From Thermoplasmata archaeon (GTDB lineage: Archaea > Thermoplasmatota > Thermoplasmata > GCA-020350865), in contig CP070751.1 of NCBI GenBank assembly GCA_020348445.1, positions 420,494 to 484,493 on the forward strand: DNA of 64,000 nt, read 5' to 3'. Positions 49,689-59,462 of this stretch are shown one piece after another. The notes under the pieces were generated by a model. It worked only from the letters and a program-made list of their open reading frames with translations. It was not told the origin of the DNA and did not search any database. The translations under genes and the position numbers were made by a program. Position 1 is the stretch's first letter. Every line of letters starts with the position of its first letter.

Positions 49689-52600
49689 ATGGTTTATGAG
49701 GTTTGGGGGAGTAATACGATAGTGGCAAGGGACGTTACTCAAAGGATCATATATACTTCAATCCTAGCACTGGTACTTACAATCTGCATTCTCATACCTA
49801 GCCCAATACCCGCCGATTTTGAATACAGGGCAGATTACCCAACAGGCAACGGACCCCATGCAGCACGCCTTGCAGATTTGGACGATGACGATGATTTGGA
49901 TATCGTTACCTCAGATTACTATGCAGACAAGGTCTCGGTGCTGTTAAATGATGGCGAGGGAATATTTTCCAAGGAGAGTGAATATGTAACAGGTGACGGC
50001 CCCAGATCGTTTTTTCTTGCCGATGTGGATAACGATTTTGATGAGGATATCGTCACAGCCAATTATATTGATGATACAGTATCGGTCTTAAAAAACCATG
50101 GAAATGGCGCCTTCGCTCCAAAGGTAGATTATGATGCGGGTGCCGGCCCCTTCTACATTTTCTTGGCTGATGTCGGTGAGGATGCAAACAATGATTTGGA
50201 TATTATCACGGCAGATGATCAGGACGATCGAGTCTCGGTTCTGGAAAACGACGGCAGCGGAGCTTTTTCCAATAGAAACAGCTATCAGGTGGGATCCAGA
50301 CCAAAGGGTGTGTTTTGTGCCGATCTAAACGACGATGGCAAAAGCGACATAGCATGTGCCAATTGGGCAGATTACACTGTCTCGATTCTTTTTAACAAAG
50401 GGGACGGCACATTTAAAAGTGAGATAAATTACGACACCGGCAGGGGCCCGCGTTCGATTTTTCTTGCGGATGTAAATGGGGATGAATATCCCGATCTTGT
50501 CACTGCAAATCAGTACGACAACACCACCTCGATCTTGATTAACAATGGGGACGAAACCTTCAAATCCAAGGTCGATTACACTGTGGGTACCAATCCATTA
50601 TCAATTCTTTTAAGCGACATAGACTATGACAATGATAACGACATCTTGACAACGAATCTACATGACAACACGATATCAGTTCTGAAAAATGATGGACAGG
50701 GGAATTTCCAGTCAAGAATCGATTACAGTACGGACCGTGGCCCATATTCTGTCGTCTTGGGAGATGTAAACGGTGATGATGAAGTGGATCTTGTCACAGC
50801 CAATAACTATGCCGACACAGTTTCAGTACGCTATTCCCACTTCCCCTCATCGATTATGGTAACACAACCTGATGGAGCAAATGACATTACCGACACTTCC
50901 TATATGATAACGTGGGAGGATTGCTATCCATACGGCGAGGCAACAATAACACTTTACTGGGATGATAATGGAAATGGTCTTGATGGAACCGAAATTGCAG
51001 GCAGTCTTTCCGAAGATGACGATGGTATTGGAGGAAGATATTATTGGAACATCTCAAACATGCCTGAAGGTGATTATTGGATCTATGCAAAAATTGATGA
51101 TGGAGTATATGAGCCCAGCTATGATTACTCCCCAGGTCCGCTCACCATTGACTACTCCCAATCATCCAACTCGCCTCCAACATTTCAAATAATCGAGCCC
51201 GATGGAAACGGAGATTTCGCAGATATCGAGTTCACAATAATGTGGATGGATTCAGATCCCGATGATGACGCTGCAATTTCCCTTTACTATGATACAGATA
51301 ATATTGGCTTCGACGGTACCCTGATCGTGCAAGGGCTAGGTGAGGATGCTGACGGCACTTCTGGTTTTTACACGTGGAACACCACAAATATGACTGAAAG
51401 CAGGTACTATGTATACGGTATTTGTAACGACGGTGTAAATGATCCAGTTATGCATTACAGCTCCTTTTCCCTATTGATCAATCATACATCTTTTGAAAAT
51501 GATCCTCCTTCAATGGAATTCTTGGAGCCGGATGGGGTTGATGATAATGCACATTTAGAGTTTCTAATCGCATGGACAGACTCGGATTCTGATGATGACG
51601 CACAAATTTCCCTTTATTATGACACAGATTCTGTAGGTTATGACGGTGTTTTGATTGCCAGTGGGATTTCCGAGAATGCTGACGGAGGTTTGGGCTACTA
51701 TTCATGGGACACCACAGATATTCCCGAGGGTAGGTACTTTATCCTTGGCATCTGTAACGATGGAATTAACGATCAAGTGGAGCAGTACAGCCTGCACCAG
51801 GTGATAGTCAATCACACACCCAAAAACGACCCGCCTGATATCGAGATTCTGGAACCCGATGGAGTTGATGATAATGCCCATATCGAGTATCTTATCACAT
51901 GGGTTGATTCAGATTCAAATGATGATGCAAAGATTTCACTTTTTTACGACACTGATTCCTCGGGCAAGGATGGAGTATTGATAGCGAGCGATTTAAGCGA
52001 AGATGAACAAGGCGGAACTGGTGGATATTTTTGGGACACCACATCCATTTCAGAGGGTGAATATTGGATCTATGCCAAGATCGAAGATGGCTCTTTTGAG
52101 GTAAAATATAATTACAGTCTCGGTCCTCTTACCGTCGATCATCTGGCCACATCGAATAATCCTCCTTCATTTCAAATTATAGAGCCGGATGGAGATATGG
52201 ATTTTGCAGATTTCGAATTCACAATCATTTGGCAAGACTCAGACCCTGACGACGACGCTACAATTTCTCTGTATTACGATATAGATGATGACGGTTATGA
52301 TGGTGCCCAAATCGTATCAGGGCTGGGTGAGGATGCTGATGGCAAATCTGGAATATATACGTGGATAACAGTCAAAATTCCAGAGGGGAAATACTACCTA
52401 TATGGTGTTTGTGATGATGGCACAAATGACGCTGTGAGGCATTACAGCAGCTTTCCAGTTACAATAGAGCATGGGCCTTCAGAGGACAACAATCTTGATC
52501 CGCAAAGGAACTATTCACCAAAAATTCTGATAGTTGAGCCAGATGGTAAAAACGATTGGGCAAATACCGAGTACATGATAACATGGATAGATGCAGATTC

Positions 52601-53561
52601 AGATGACGATGCATCGATTTCACTATATTATGACTCAGATTCCTCGGGCTACAACGGCATTTTAATCGCGGATCGCATAGGCGAAGATGAGTATGGCAAT
52701 TCCGGAATCTACATTTGGGACACCACCTCCATCCCTGAGGGTTCGTACCATGTTTATGGGGTAATCGAGGATGGTACGGATTTTTCCAGGGATTACAGCC
52801 AGGGGAAAATCACAATTAACAGAACACTAACGTTCAATACCGCCCCAAAAATATTGATCCTCACTCCAGAAAAGGGCATCGTTTTTGTGGATTACAACTT
52901 CACAATAAAATGGATCGACAGCGATCCTGATGATAGTGCAACCATATCGCTGTATTATGACACTAACCAAAACGGTTATGACGGGACTTTGATAGTCTCA
53001 GGATTGTCCGAAGACGATAAGGGCGATTCTTTTCTCTGGGACGTAAAGGATCTACCCGAGGGAGAATATTACATATATGCTGTAATTCAGGATCAAGAAA
53101 ACGATCCCGTGTACGATTACAGCGATGGGAAGGTAAAAATACATCATCCCCAACCTGAAGGGAAGGAGAAAGAACCAGAAGAGCAAATAAATCCAAATCT
53201 CCTGGCACTCATGATTCTGATGGTGCTCATCATCATATCATTGCTTCTTCTCATACTGAAAAAAAGAAGAGAGGCAGAAGGAGATGAGGAAGAAGAGGAA
53301 GAGGACTTCGAAGATTCGGAAGGGGGAGAACGAAAACCCTCTTCCGAAGAGGATATTGATGAGGATGAAATAGACGAAGATCTGCTTCCCGCGACAGAGG
53401 ATACCAAAAAGGAGGCACCACGACCTGAGGAAGATGCCAATGATGAAATAGTTAAGGATCTGCCTCCCGCGCCAAAGGAAACAGAAAAGGAGGTTCCACA
53501 ACCTGAGGAAATAGCCGATGATGAAATAGACGAGGATCTGCTTCCTACACCAGAAGAATAG
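49689..53561 (+). CDS. Large surface protein: FG-GAP propeller + seven ~110-aa Ig-like repeats + TM + acidic tail
   Basis: DxD.D.D.DIVT.N repeats and seven EPDG...W.DSD.DDDA.ISLYYD repeats, followed by a TM and Glu/Asp-rich tail. The start may be GTG 49722. Confidence 0.88.
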   Translation: MVYEVWGSNTIVARDVTQRIIYTSILALVLTICILIPSPIPADFEYRADYPTGNGPHAARLADLDDDDDLDIVTSDYYADKVSVLLNDGEGIFSKESEYVTGDGPRSFFLADVDNDFDEDIVTANYIDDTVSVLKNHGNGAFAPKVDYDAGAGPFYIFLADVGEDANNDLDIITADDQDDRVSVLENDGSGAFSNRNSYQVGSRPKGVFCADLNDDGKSDIACANWADYTVSILFNKGDGTFKSEINYDTGRGPRSIFLADVNGDEYPDLVTANQYDNTTSILINNGDETFKSKVDYTVGTNPLSILLSDIDYDNDNDILTTNLHDNTISVLKNDGQGNFQSRIDYSTDRGPYSVVLGDVNGDDEVDLVTANNYADTVSVRYSHFPSSIMVTQPDGANDITDTSYMITWEDCYPYGEATITLYWDDNGNGLDGTEIAGSLSEDDDGIGGRYYWNISNMPEGDYWIYAKIDDGVYEPSYDYSPGPLTIDYSQSSNSPPTFQIIEPDGNGDFADIEFTIMWMDSDPDDDAAISLYYDTDNIGFDGTLIVQGLGEDADGTSGFYTWNTTNMTESRYYVYGICNDGVNDPVMHYSSFSLLINHTSFENDPPSMEFLEPDGVDDNAHLEFLIAWTDSDSDDDAQISLYYDTDSVGYDGVLIASGISENADGGLGYYSWDTTDIPEGRYFILGICNDGINDQVEQYSLHQVIVNHTPKNDPPDIEILEPDGVDDNAHIEYLITWVDSDSNDDAKISLFYDTDSSGKDGVLIASDLSEDEQGGTGGYFWDTTSISEGEYWIYAKIEDGSFEVKYNYSLGPLTVDHLATSNNPPSFQIIEPDGDMDFADFEFTIIWQDSDPDDDATISLYYDIDDDGYDGAQIVSGLGEDADGKSGIYTWITVKIPEGKYYLYGVCDDGTNDAVRHYSSFPVTIEHGPSEDNNLDPQRNYSPKILIVEPDGKNDWANTEYMITWIDADSDDDASISLYYDSDSSGYNGILIADRIGEDEYGNSGIYIWDTTSIPEGSYHVYGVIEDGTDFSRDYSQGKITINRTLTFNTAPKILILTPEKGIVFVDYNFTIKWIDSDPDDSATISLYYDTNQNGYDGTLIVSGLSEDDKGDSFLWDVKDLPEGEYYIYAVIQDQENDPVYDYSDGKVKIHHPQPEGKEKEPEEQINPNLLALMILMVLIIISLLLLILKKRREAEGDEEEEEEDFEDSEGGERKPSSEEDIDEDEIDEDLLPATEDTKKEAPRPEEDANDEIVKDLPPAPKETEKEVPQPEEIADDEIDEDLLPTPEE
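53364..53558 (+). repeat. 78-bp (26-aa) tandem repeat, about 2.5 copies, in the cytoplasmic acidic tail
   Basis: GATGAAATAG..GATCTGC begins at 53364, 53442 and 53520. Confidence 0.85.
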
Positions 53562-53654
53562 AAGAAATTGGGGTCCTCTAAGGTTTTATCGGGTTTTTAT
53601 TCCTTTAAATCGTATTTTTCTCACATCTATTATTCCAATAAAAAAATGTGCGAA

Positions 53655-53686
53655 GGCCAAGTCAAAAAATAAAAAAAGGGGAGAGA
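53655..53686 (-). terminator. U-rich archaeal terminator-like tract after the tail-tube gene
   Basis: On the - strand, CTCTCTCCCCTTTTTTTATTTTTT follows the stop codon. Confidence 0.5.
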
Positions 53687-53689
53687 GAC

Positions 53690-54196
53690 TCAGGCCCTCT
53701 CGATAAGTTCGGTTTGTATCACGATCACCTCGACAGCTACACCGCTTGGGTTCGAATCCAACGGTTCAATATAATAAGCTGAAGGCCAACATCCATGGGC
53801 GTTGTACCTTGCCTTCTCGGTGTGTCCGTGGTCCATAAACACGATGGACATGGATTTCTTATCTACAGGGTAATCGAGATTGGATTCGTACCACAGCCAG
53901 AGCTCGTCGTTGTCTATCAATCCCCGCCTCAGGATTATGGGGCCGTAATGGGCATTCCCAGGCATTAGGGTGACCCTGTTTGGATCAGTTCCGTCCCTGT
54001 ATTCGATGACCTCCATCTTTCCGCAAACTCCTTCCACACTCATGTACGATGCCGAGGCTATACCATCTATCTCAACCACGAAGTTCGAGCTGGGCAGGGG
54101 CTCAGGTTTTCCACCTGCGGGTGCAAGAGCAATTGTGCTGGATCCGATGATAAACGCCAGGACACCGAATATCGCGAATAATATCCTCCTGCTCAT
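53690..54196 (-). CDS. Phage T4 gp19/eCIS (Afp1-like) tail-tube protein with N-terminal export signal peptide
   Basis: F.VEIDG...F/Y..V.G, IEYRDG, MPG...YG.I.LRRG, LW.W, KK..SI...D, WP and VAVE.I..Q.E motifs match the gp19 tube consensus as I recall it. N-terminus MSRRILFAIFGVLAFIIGSSTIALA. ATG 54196 follows AGGAGGTGA. Confidence 0.88.
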   Translation of the reverse strand: MSRRILFAIFGVLAFIIGSSTIALAPAGGKPEPLPSSNFVVEIDGIASASYMSVEGVCGKMEVIEYRDGTDPNRVTLMPGNAHYGPIILRRGLIDNDELWLWYESNLDYPVDKKSMSIVFMDHGHTEKARYNAHGCWPSAYYIEPLDSNPSGVAVEVIVIQTELIERA

Positions 54197-54199
54197 GAT

Positions 54200-54360
54200 T
54201 TCACCTCCTCCCATGTTTGGGGAACTGGGTATTTCTTATGCGCCCCTCCTCGGCGCATTCTTCTTTAAAAAATTGAAGAGGATAATTCTTATTTATCAGT
54301 AAAAAATGTCATAATACGGGTTCTGCTTATTTTATATCATCACCTCCCAGAGCTCTGGCC
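54200..54360 (-). ncRNA. Conserved structured 5' leader, copy 4 (shorter)
   Basis: 5' hairpin CCAGAGCTCTGG, GGGAGGTGA, TGCGCCGAGGAGGGGCGCA (54240-54257), then AAATACCCAGTTCCCC..GGGAGGAGGTGA before ATG 54196. Confidence 0.62.
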
Positions 54361-54552
54361 ATATAGTATTTTGGTTTTATTAAGATTTTGTGATAATATC
54401 TATACAATATCAAATCAAATCTGTGTCTTTGCCCAATACCTTATAATTGAACTTAGCCATATGAAATATCTTTTAGGTGAATGTTTACTAATAAATCAAA
54501 AGTTTTATTACCTGAGAGCAACTTATATAAATGAGTCTTTGGGGCGACGTGT

Positions 54553-57500
54553 ATGAGGATATCGACGATTATAGTATCTCTGATACTGGTCTTTATAGCA
54601 TACAATATCACCACAGCAAATACTACTTCCGGCCCCTCACCCCTGGACACAGAGCAGGTATCATTCATGAATGTCACATATGATGTGGGTTTGCAGGGTG
54701 TGGGAGGCCAATTCCTTGCCTGGGGAGACTACAACAACGACGGAAATCAAGATATCCTCGTAAACGGACGCAGGCTCTTTAAAAATAACGGAGACCCTGA
54801 CTATAACTTCACAGAGGTCACGGGTCAGGTTGGAATCTCAGGGGGAAGCTACGGAACCTGGGCAGACTGGAACAACGACGGTTACTTGGATTTCTTTTGT
54901 GCAGGCTCAGACAAACTCTATAAGAACAACGGACCACCTGATTATGATTTCTCAGATGTCACGGGCTCCTCTGGAATCATGCAGGAAAGCCATTCCACCG
55001 GCTGTGGATGGGGCGATTACGACAATGACGGTGATGTGGACCTATTCAAAATCAGGGGAGAGGACTGGGATGCTGGAATATATTTCCCTAACTCTTTCTG
55101 GAGGAACAACGGTGATGGCACCTTTACAAATGTAACTGTAGATGCCGGGGTGGACGAATATTCGGATCCAAAGTACTCAAGAGGAGTGGCCTGGGCAGAT
55201 TACAACGATGACGGCTGGCTTGATATATATATCTCCAACTATCGTCAGCTGGACAATTACCTTTATGAGAACAATGGCGACGGCACGTTCACGGACGTAG
55301 CCCCCGAAAAAGGAGTGGCAGATGCTCCATCACATGAGACCGGAAATCCAGATCCATTTGGAAAAGCTGGACATAGTGTAGGTGCAGTTTGGGGCGACTT
55401 TGATAACGACGGTTACCTAGATCTTTGGGTAACTAACCTCAACCACAAGGATTCTGTACGTACAAGTGATGACTCATTGCTTTATAGAAACAGCGGCCCT
55501 CCTGACTTTACTTTCACTAACATGCGAGGCTCATCAGGTATTCCCATTAAACCAATTATTGAAAATCCTCTCACTCGCCAAGATGAACTCTTTGTGGGAT
55601 GCGCCTGGGGAGATTATGACATGGACGGTGATTTGGACCTATACCTTCCCCAGATTTACGATATCAGTTATGCCTACTCCTTCCTGTACATGAACAACGG
55701 TGATGGTACCTTCACTGATGTGACAACAGAGGCCAACGTTAGGGTTTGGGACACATATGCCGGTTGCTGGTGCGATTACGACAACGACGGGGATTTGGAT
55801 CTCATCACATCGGGCAGGGATTCAGGGGGTAACGCAGACCCGCATTTTGTTCACCTCTTCAGAAATGAAATTACCCTGGAAAATTGGCTGCACTTGAACC
55901 TCAAGGGGGATGGTTTTTACACGAACACAGCAGCAATAGGGGCCAGGGTCACTGTGACAACAGATTTGGGGGACAGCCAGGTCAAGGAGGTCTCGGGAGG
56001 AGGCGGCCCCCACGGTCATCAGAACTCACTTGTGCAGGAGTTCGGCCTGGGCGCATATTCCGGGACAGTGGATGTAGAGATCAGATGGTCTGACGGCAGC
56101 ATCCAGATAATAGAAGATGTTATCACCAATAAACTGTTAAATATCACGGAATCAAAAGGTGACCTAATTGTAACTGAGATATCCATTGATGAAGATCATC
56201 CCATCACAGGCGATAATGTTCTGATCTCGGCCACAGTGAAGAACATCGGACCCACGCACATAAACACAGCCGAGGTAAAGATCTATTTGGATGAGATAGA
56301 CGATGCCAACCAGATACCCCCCACAAGGACAATTACTAACATCCCATCCGATTCTGAAACCACAACATCCATTCCATGGGACACCGAATGGGTATCTGGA
56401 TCGCATACCCTTTATGCAAGGGCAGAAATAATTGATCCACCATATTCGGGTCCAACAAGTGCAAAAAGCTTGATTATCTTCATAAGGGCTCAAAATGAGC
56501 TTCCCGTGGCAAATCTCAGCGCGGATCCATCATCCACAGACAAGGGGGGATCTGTTTCCTTTGATGCAGAAAACTCAACTGATGATACGCAGGTTACAGA
56601 ATATTTCTTCGACTTTGGTGACGGAGAGGCCAGCGGATGGATTACAGAGACGAAAATAGACCACATCTATTATAATGGCGGGGATTACACTGCATCCCTT
56701 ACGGTAAGGGATGAGGACGAGGGAGAAAGCATAAACACAGAAGAGTTGACGATCGAGGTTTATGCAAAACCCAAGGCAGTCCTTACAGCAAATATAACAG
56801 AGATATACAAGGGCGAGAGCATCACTTTCAATGGTTCCCAATCTACTGATGAGGGGGGTACTGTAGAGGAATTCAATTTCGATTTCGGCGACGGTGAAAG
56901 TTCTGGTTGGATTACCCAATCATCTGTTTCGCACCAGTACAATTCTGCAGGGCAATTTTCCGCATCCCTTGTTGTGAGAGACAACCACGGCAATACCAGT
57001 GATAATCCGGAAATTGTAACAATCGACATTAATGCAAAACCCCATGCCGTTCTTCTGGCTAACACGACCTCGATTGTTATAAGTGATTCAGTGATGCTCG
57101 ATGCATCGGAATCCTCGGATGATGACGGCTCTGTCAAGTGGTTTTATTTTGTCTTTGGCGACGGTGATAAATCCGGCTGGGTAATAGATGACAAGATTAA
57201 CCATTCTTACAACAGAGAGGGATTCTTCACGGCCTCCCTTACTGTACGGGACGATGAAGATGATGAGAGCGAAAACACTGCCGAGATAATCATAACTGTT
57301 ACTGGACTACCCAACAAGCCACCCACAGCCACCATCGATTATATCGATCCAAATCCTGCTTTATCAGGTATGGAAATCACCTTTCGCGGAAGTGGTCGGG
57401 ATGAGGACGGTAATATTGCAGGATACCAATGGAATTCTGATATCGAAGGTCTTCTCAGCAGCTCTTGGTCCTTCTCCACCTCGGTGCTCTCTGTCGGTAC

Positions 57501-58068
57501 CCATATGATATCATTCAAGGTGCAGGATGACGATTTGACGTGGTCTACCGAGGCAACTGAAATCCTTATTGTCAAGGACACGAACCAAAAACCCACAGTT
57601 GAGATCATATCTCCCGATGATGGCGAGAGGGTATCTGGAATTTTAACGATAAGCGGCACTGCAACTGATTTGGACGGCGAAGTGGTGGAGGTTCAAATCA
57701 GGATCGACGATGGGGCCTGGGAGTCTGCACAGGGCACCTCAGACTGGAGCTTTCAATTGGATACCAATTTATATTCCAAGGGAGAGCATATTATTACTGT
57801 TCGGGCCAGTGATGGAGAGGAAAACTCAGAGGAAATTTCTTTTTCCATTGTGATATTTCAAAAAGGAGAGGATGGTGATGAGGATCCGCCCGCCTTTTTA
57901 ATAATAGGACTGGTGGTCATCGTAATTTTGGTAGTTTTAGTGCTATCTTTTGCTTTGGGCATGCCCCCCAAGAAGAAAGAAGAGCATCCCCTGTTCAAAC
58001 CCGTAAAGCAATATCCCCAGAATGTGCAACCTCCCCCGAAGCAGCCTGGAAACAGATGGAACTGGTAA
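54553..58068 (+). CDS. CRTAC1/ASPIC-UnbV-type FG-GAP protein with CARDB, PKD and Ig-like domains and C-terminal TM
   Basis: WGDYDNDGD.D repeats, NWL...L.G...NTAAIGARVTV (ASPIC/UnbV), three DFGDG PKD units, TM and Pro-rich tail. Confidence 0.9.
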   Translation: MRISTIIVSLILVFIAYNITTANTTSGPSPLDTEQVSFMNVTYDVGLQGVGGQFLAWGDYNNDGNQDILVNGRRLFKNNGDPDYNFTEVTGQVGISGGSYGTWADWNNDGYLDFFCAGSDKLYKNNGPPDYDFSDVTGSSGIMQESHSTGCGWGDYDNDGDVDLFKIRGEDWDAGIYFPNSFWRNNGDGTFTNVTVDAGVDEYSDPKYSRGVAWADYNDDGWLDIYISNYRQLDNYLYENNGDGTFTDVAPEKGVADAPSHETGNPDPFGKAGHSVGAVWGDFDNDGYLDLWVTNLNHKDSVRTSDDSLLYRNSGPPDFTFTNMRGSSGIPIKPIIENPLTRQDELFVGCAWGDYDMDGDLDLYLPQIYDISYAYSFLYMNNGDGTFTDVTTEANVRVWDTYAGCWCDYDNDGDLDLITSGRDSGGNADPHFVHLFRNEITLENWLHLNLKGDGFYTNTAAIGARVTVTTDLGDSQVKEVSGGGGPHGHQNSLVQEFGLGAYSGTVDVEIRWSDGSIQIIEDVITNKLLNITESKGDLIVTEISIDEDHPITGDNVLISATVKNIGPTHINTAEVKIYLDEIDDANQIPPTRTITNIPSDSETTTSIPWDTEWVSGSHTLYARAEIIDPPYSGPTSAKSLIIFIRAQNELPVANLSADPSSTDKGGSVSFDAENSTDDTQVTEYFFDFGDGEASGWITETKIDHIYYNGGDYTASLTVRDEDEGESINTEELTIEVYAKPKAVLTANITEIYKGESITFNGSQSTDEGGTVEEFNFDFGDGESSGWITQSSVSHQYNSAGQFSASLVVRDNHGNTSDNPEIVTIDINAKPHAVLLANTTSIVISDSVMLDASESSDDDGSVKWFYFVFGDGDKSGWVIDDKINHSYNREGFFTASLTVRDDEDDESENTAEIIITVTGLPNKPPTATIDYIDPNPALSGMEITFRGSGRDEDGNIAGYQWNSDIEGLLSSSWSFSTSVLSVGTHMISFKVQDDDLTWSTEATEILIVKDTNQKPTVEIISPDDGERVSGILTISGTATDLDGEVVEVQIRIDDGAWESAQGTSDWSFQLDTNLYSKGEHIITVRASDGEENSEEISFSIVIFQKGEDGDEDPPAFLIIGLVVIVILVVLVLSFALGMPPKKKEEHPLFKPVKQYPQNVQPPPKQPGNRWNW

Positions 58069-58271
58069 TATATATATAAAAGTGGACTCGAACAACAAAT
58101 GAGCACCGAAAAGTAATTATATAATAATAGTTTTCAAGTATTAGAATAAAGATGAAAATTAGAAAGAACAATGCCTTTTGGAAAACTCCAAATATCGGTA
58201 CCACGACCTTTTTAATTTTACACTCTTTATTAAAAAATCAGAAGCCTGAGTTTCTGAGGAGGTGAAAATAA

Positions 58272-58463
58272 ATGGAAGGAACCGTAAAATGGTACAGCGA
58301 TATGAAGTCGTACGGATTTATACAGGTCGAAGACGGTAAAGATGTATTTGTCCATCGAAATGCCCTACCTGAAGGAACCATCCTACGCGAAGGTGACTCG
58401 GTGGAATTCGATATCGAACAAACCCCCAAGGGTCCACAAGCAATCAATGTTAAGAAGAAATAG
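58272..58463 (+). CDS. cspA: Cold-shock protein
   Basis: GTVKWY, YGFI, DVFVH and KGPQA motifs; GGAGGTGA RBS; T-rich tract downstream. Confidence 0.95.
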   Translation: MEGTVKWYSDMKSYGFIQVEDGKDVFVHRNALPEGTILREGDSVEFDIEQTPKGPQAINVKKK

Positions 58464-58565
58464 TCTGTTTTTGTTCATAGTACCTTTTTTTTCTATTTAT
58501 TTTTCCATTCATATCAGAAGATCCAACAAAAGATATATATTATTACCATCAATGTGCTTGATATC

Positions 58566-59462
58566 ATGAGATACGATTATCCAGTTTACCGGCCTCCATC
58601 AGAGGCTTTTTCCCTTATCATCCAGACCACCTTGGGCTGCCCACACAACAAGTGCAGGTTCTGTTTCATGTACAAGGACAAGAGGTTCAAGATACGAAGT
58701 GTGGACGATATCAAAGAGGATATAATTTCTGCCAAGATGTCGTACGGGGACTCTGTGCGCACGATTTTTTTAGCTGACGGTAACTCCATCATCATGAAAA
58801 CACCCCAGCTGGTTGAGATACTGGATTTCTGCTACGCCATGTTCCCGAATCTCGAGAGAGTCACAAGCTACGGGGCCGCCAAGTTCGTCCTTGGAACAAA
58901 GACCACAGAGGAACTAAAGGAACTAAAAAAGGCAGGACTCACCAGGATACATATGGGCCTAGAAAGCGGTGACGATGAGGTTCTTTTGAGAATCAGAAAA
59001 GGATCAAATTCCCAGGAGATGATCGAGGCCAGTAGAACGATCAAAGAGGCGGGTATGGAATTATCACAGTACGTCCTATTGGGAATCGCGGGTAAAAATG
59101 ACTGGGAAAGGCATGCAAAAAACACTGCAAAGGTACTGTCAGAGATGAACCCGGATTTTATAAGGGTGAGAACGCTGATACTAAGACCGCCAGCTCCTCT
59201 TTTCGAAGACGAGAAGAATGGAGACTTTGTTCCATGTGAACCCGAGGAGGTTCTAAACGAGACTGCAACCATAATCGAAAACTTGAATGCAACCAGCCAG
59301 TTCGCATCAGATCATGTCTCCAACTACGCGAACATCAATGGAAAGCTCCCCGAGGAAAAGAATAGAATGCTCTTGGAGCTTGCCAATGTGAGAAAAAGAA
59401 TACGAAATGACCCTGATTTTAAAGCTTGGCTTGAGGATCCCGCGAGGTGCGCAAATCTATAA
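58566..59462 (+). CDS. Radical SAM protein
   Basis: YRPPSEA.SL, CPHNKCRFC (CxxxCxxC), FLADGN and GLESG motifs. Confidence 0.92.
   Translation: MRYDYPVYRPPSEAFSLIIQTTLGCPHNKCRFCFMYKDKRFKIRSVDDIKEDIISAKMSYGDSVRTIFLADGNSIIMKTPQLVEILDFCYAMFPNLERVTSYGAAKFVLGTKTTEELKELKKAGLTRIHMGLESGDDEVLLRIRKGSNSQEMIEASRTIKEAGMELSQYVLLGIAGKNDWERHAKNTAKVLSEMNPDFIRVRTLILRPPAPLFEDEKNGDFVPCEPEEVLNETATIIENLNATSQFASDHVSNYANINGKLPEEKNRMLLELANVRKRIRNDPDFKAWLEDPARCANL

Noticed and set aside
53562-54552. Prophage or complete eCIS locus around the tube gene
   Set aside because: No sheath, baseplate, terminase, capsid, integrase or att-like repeats. The flanks are host-type surface-protein genes.
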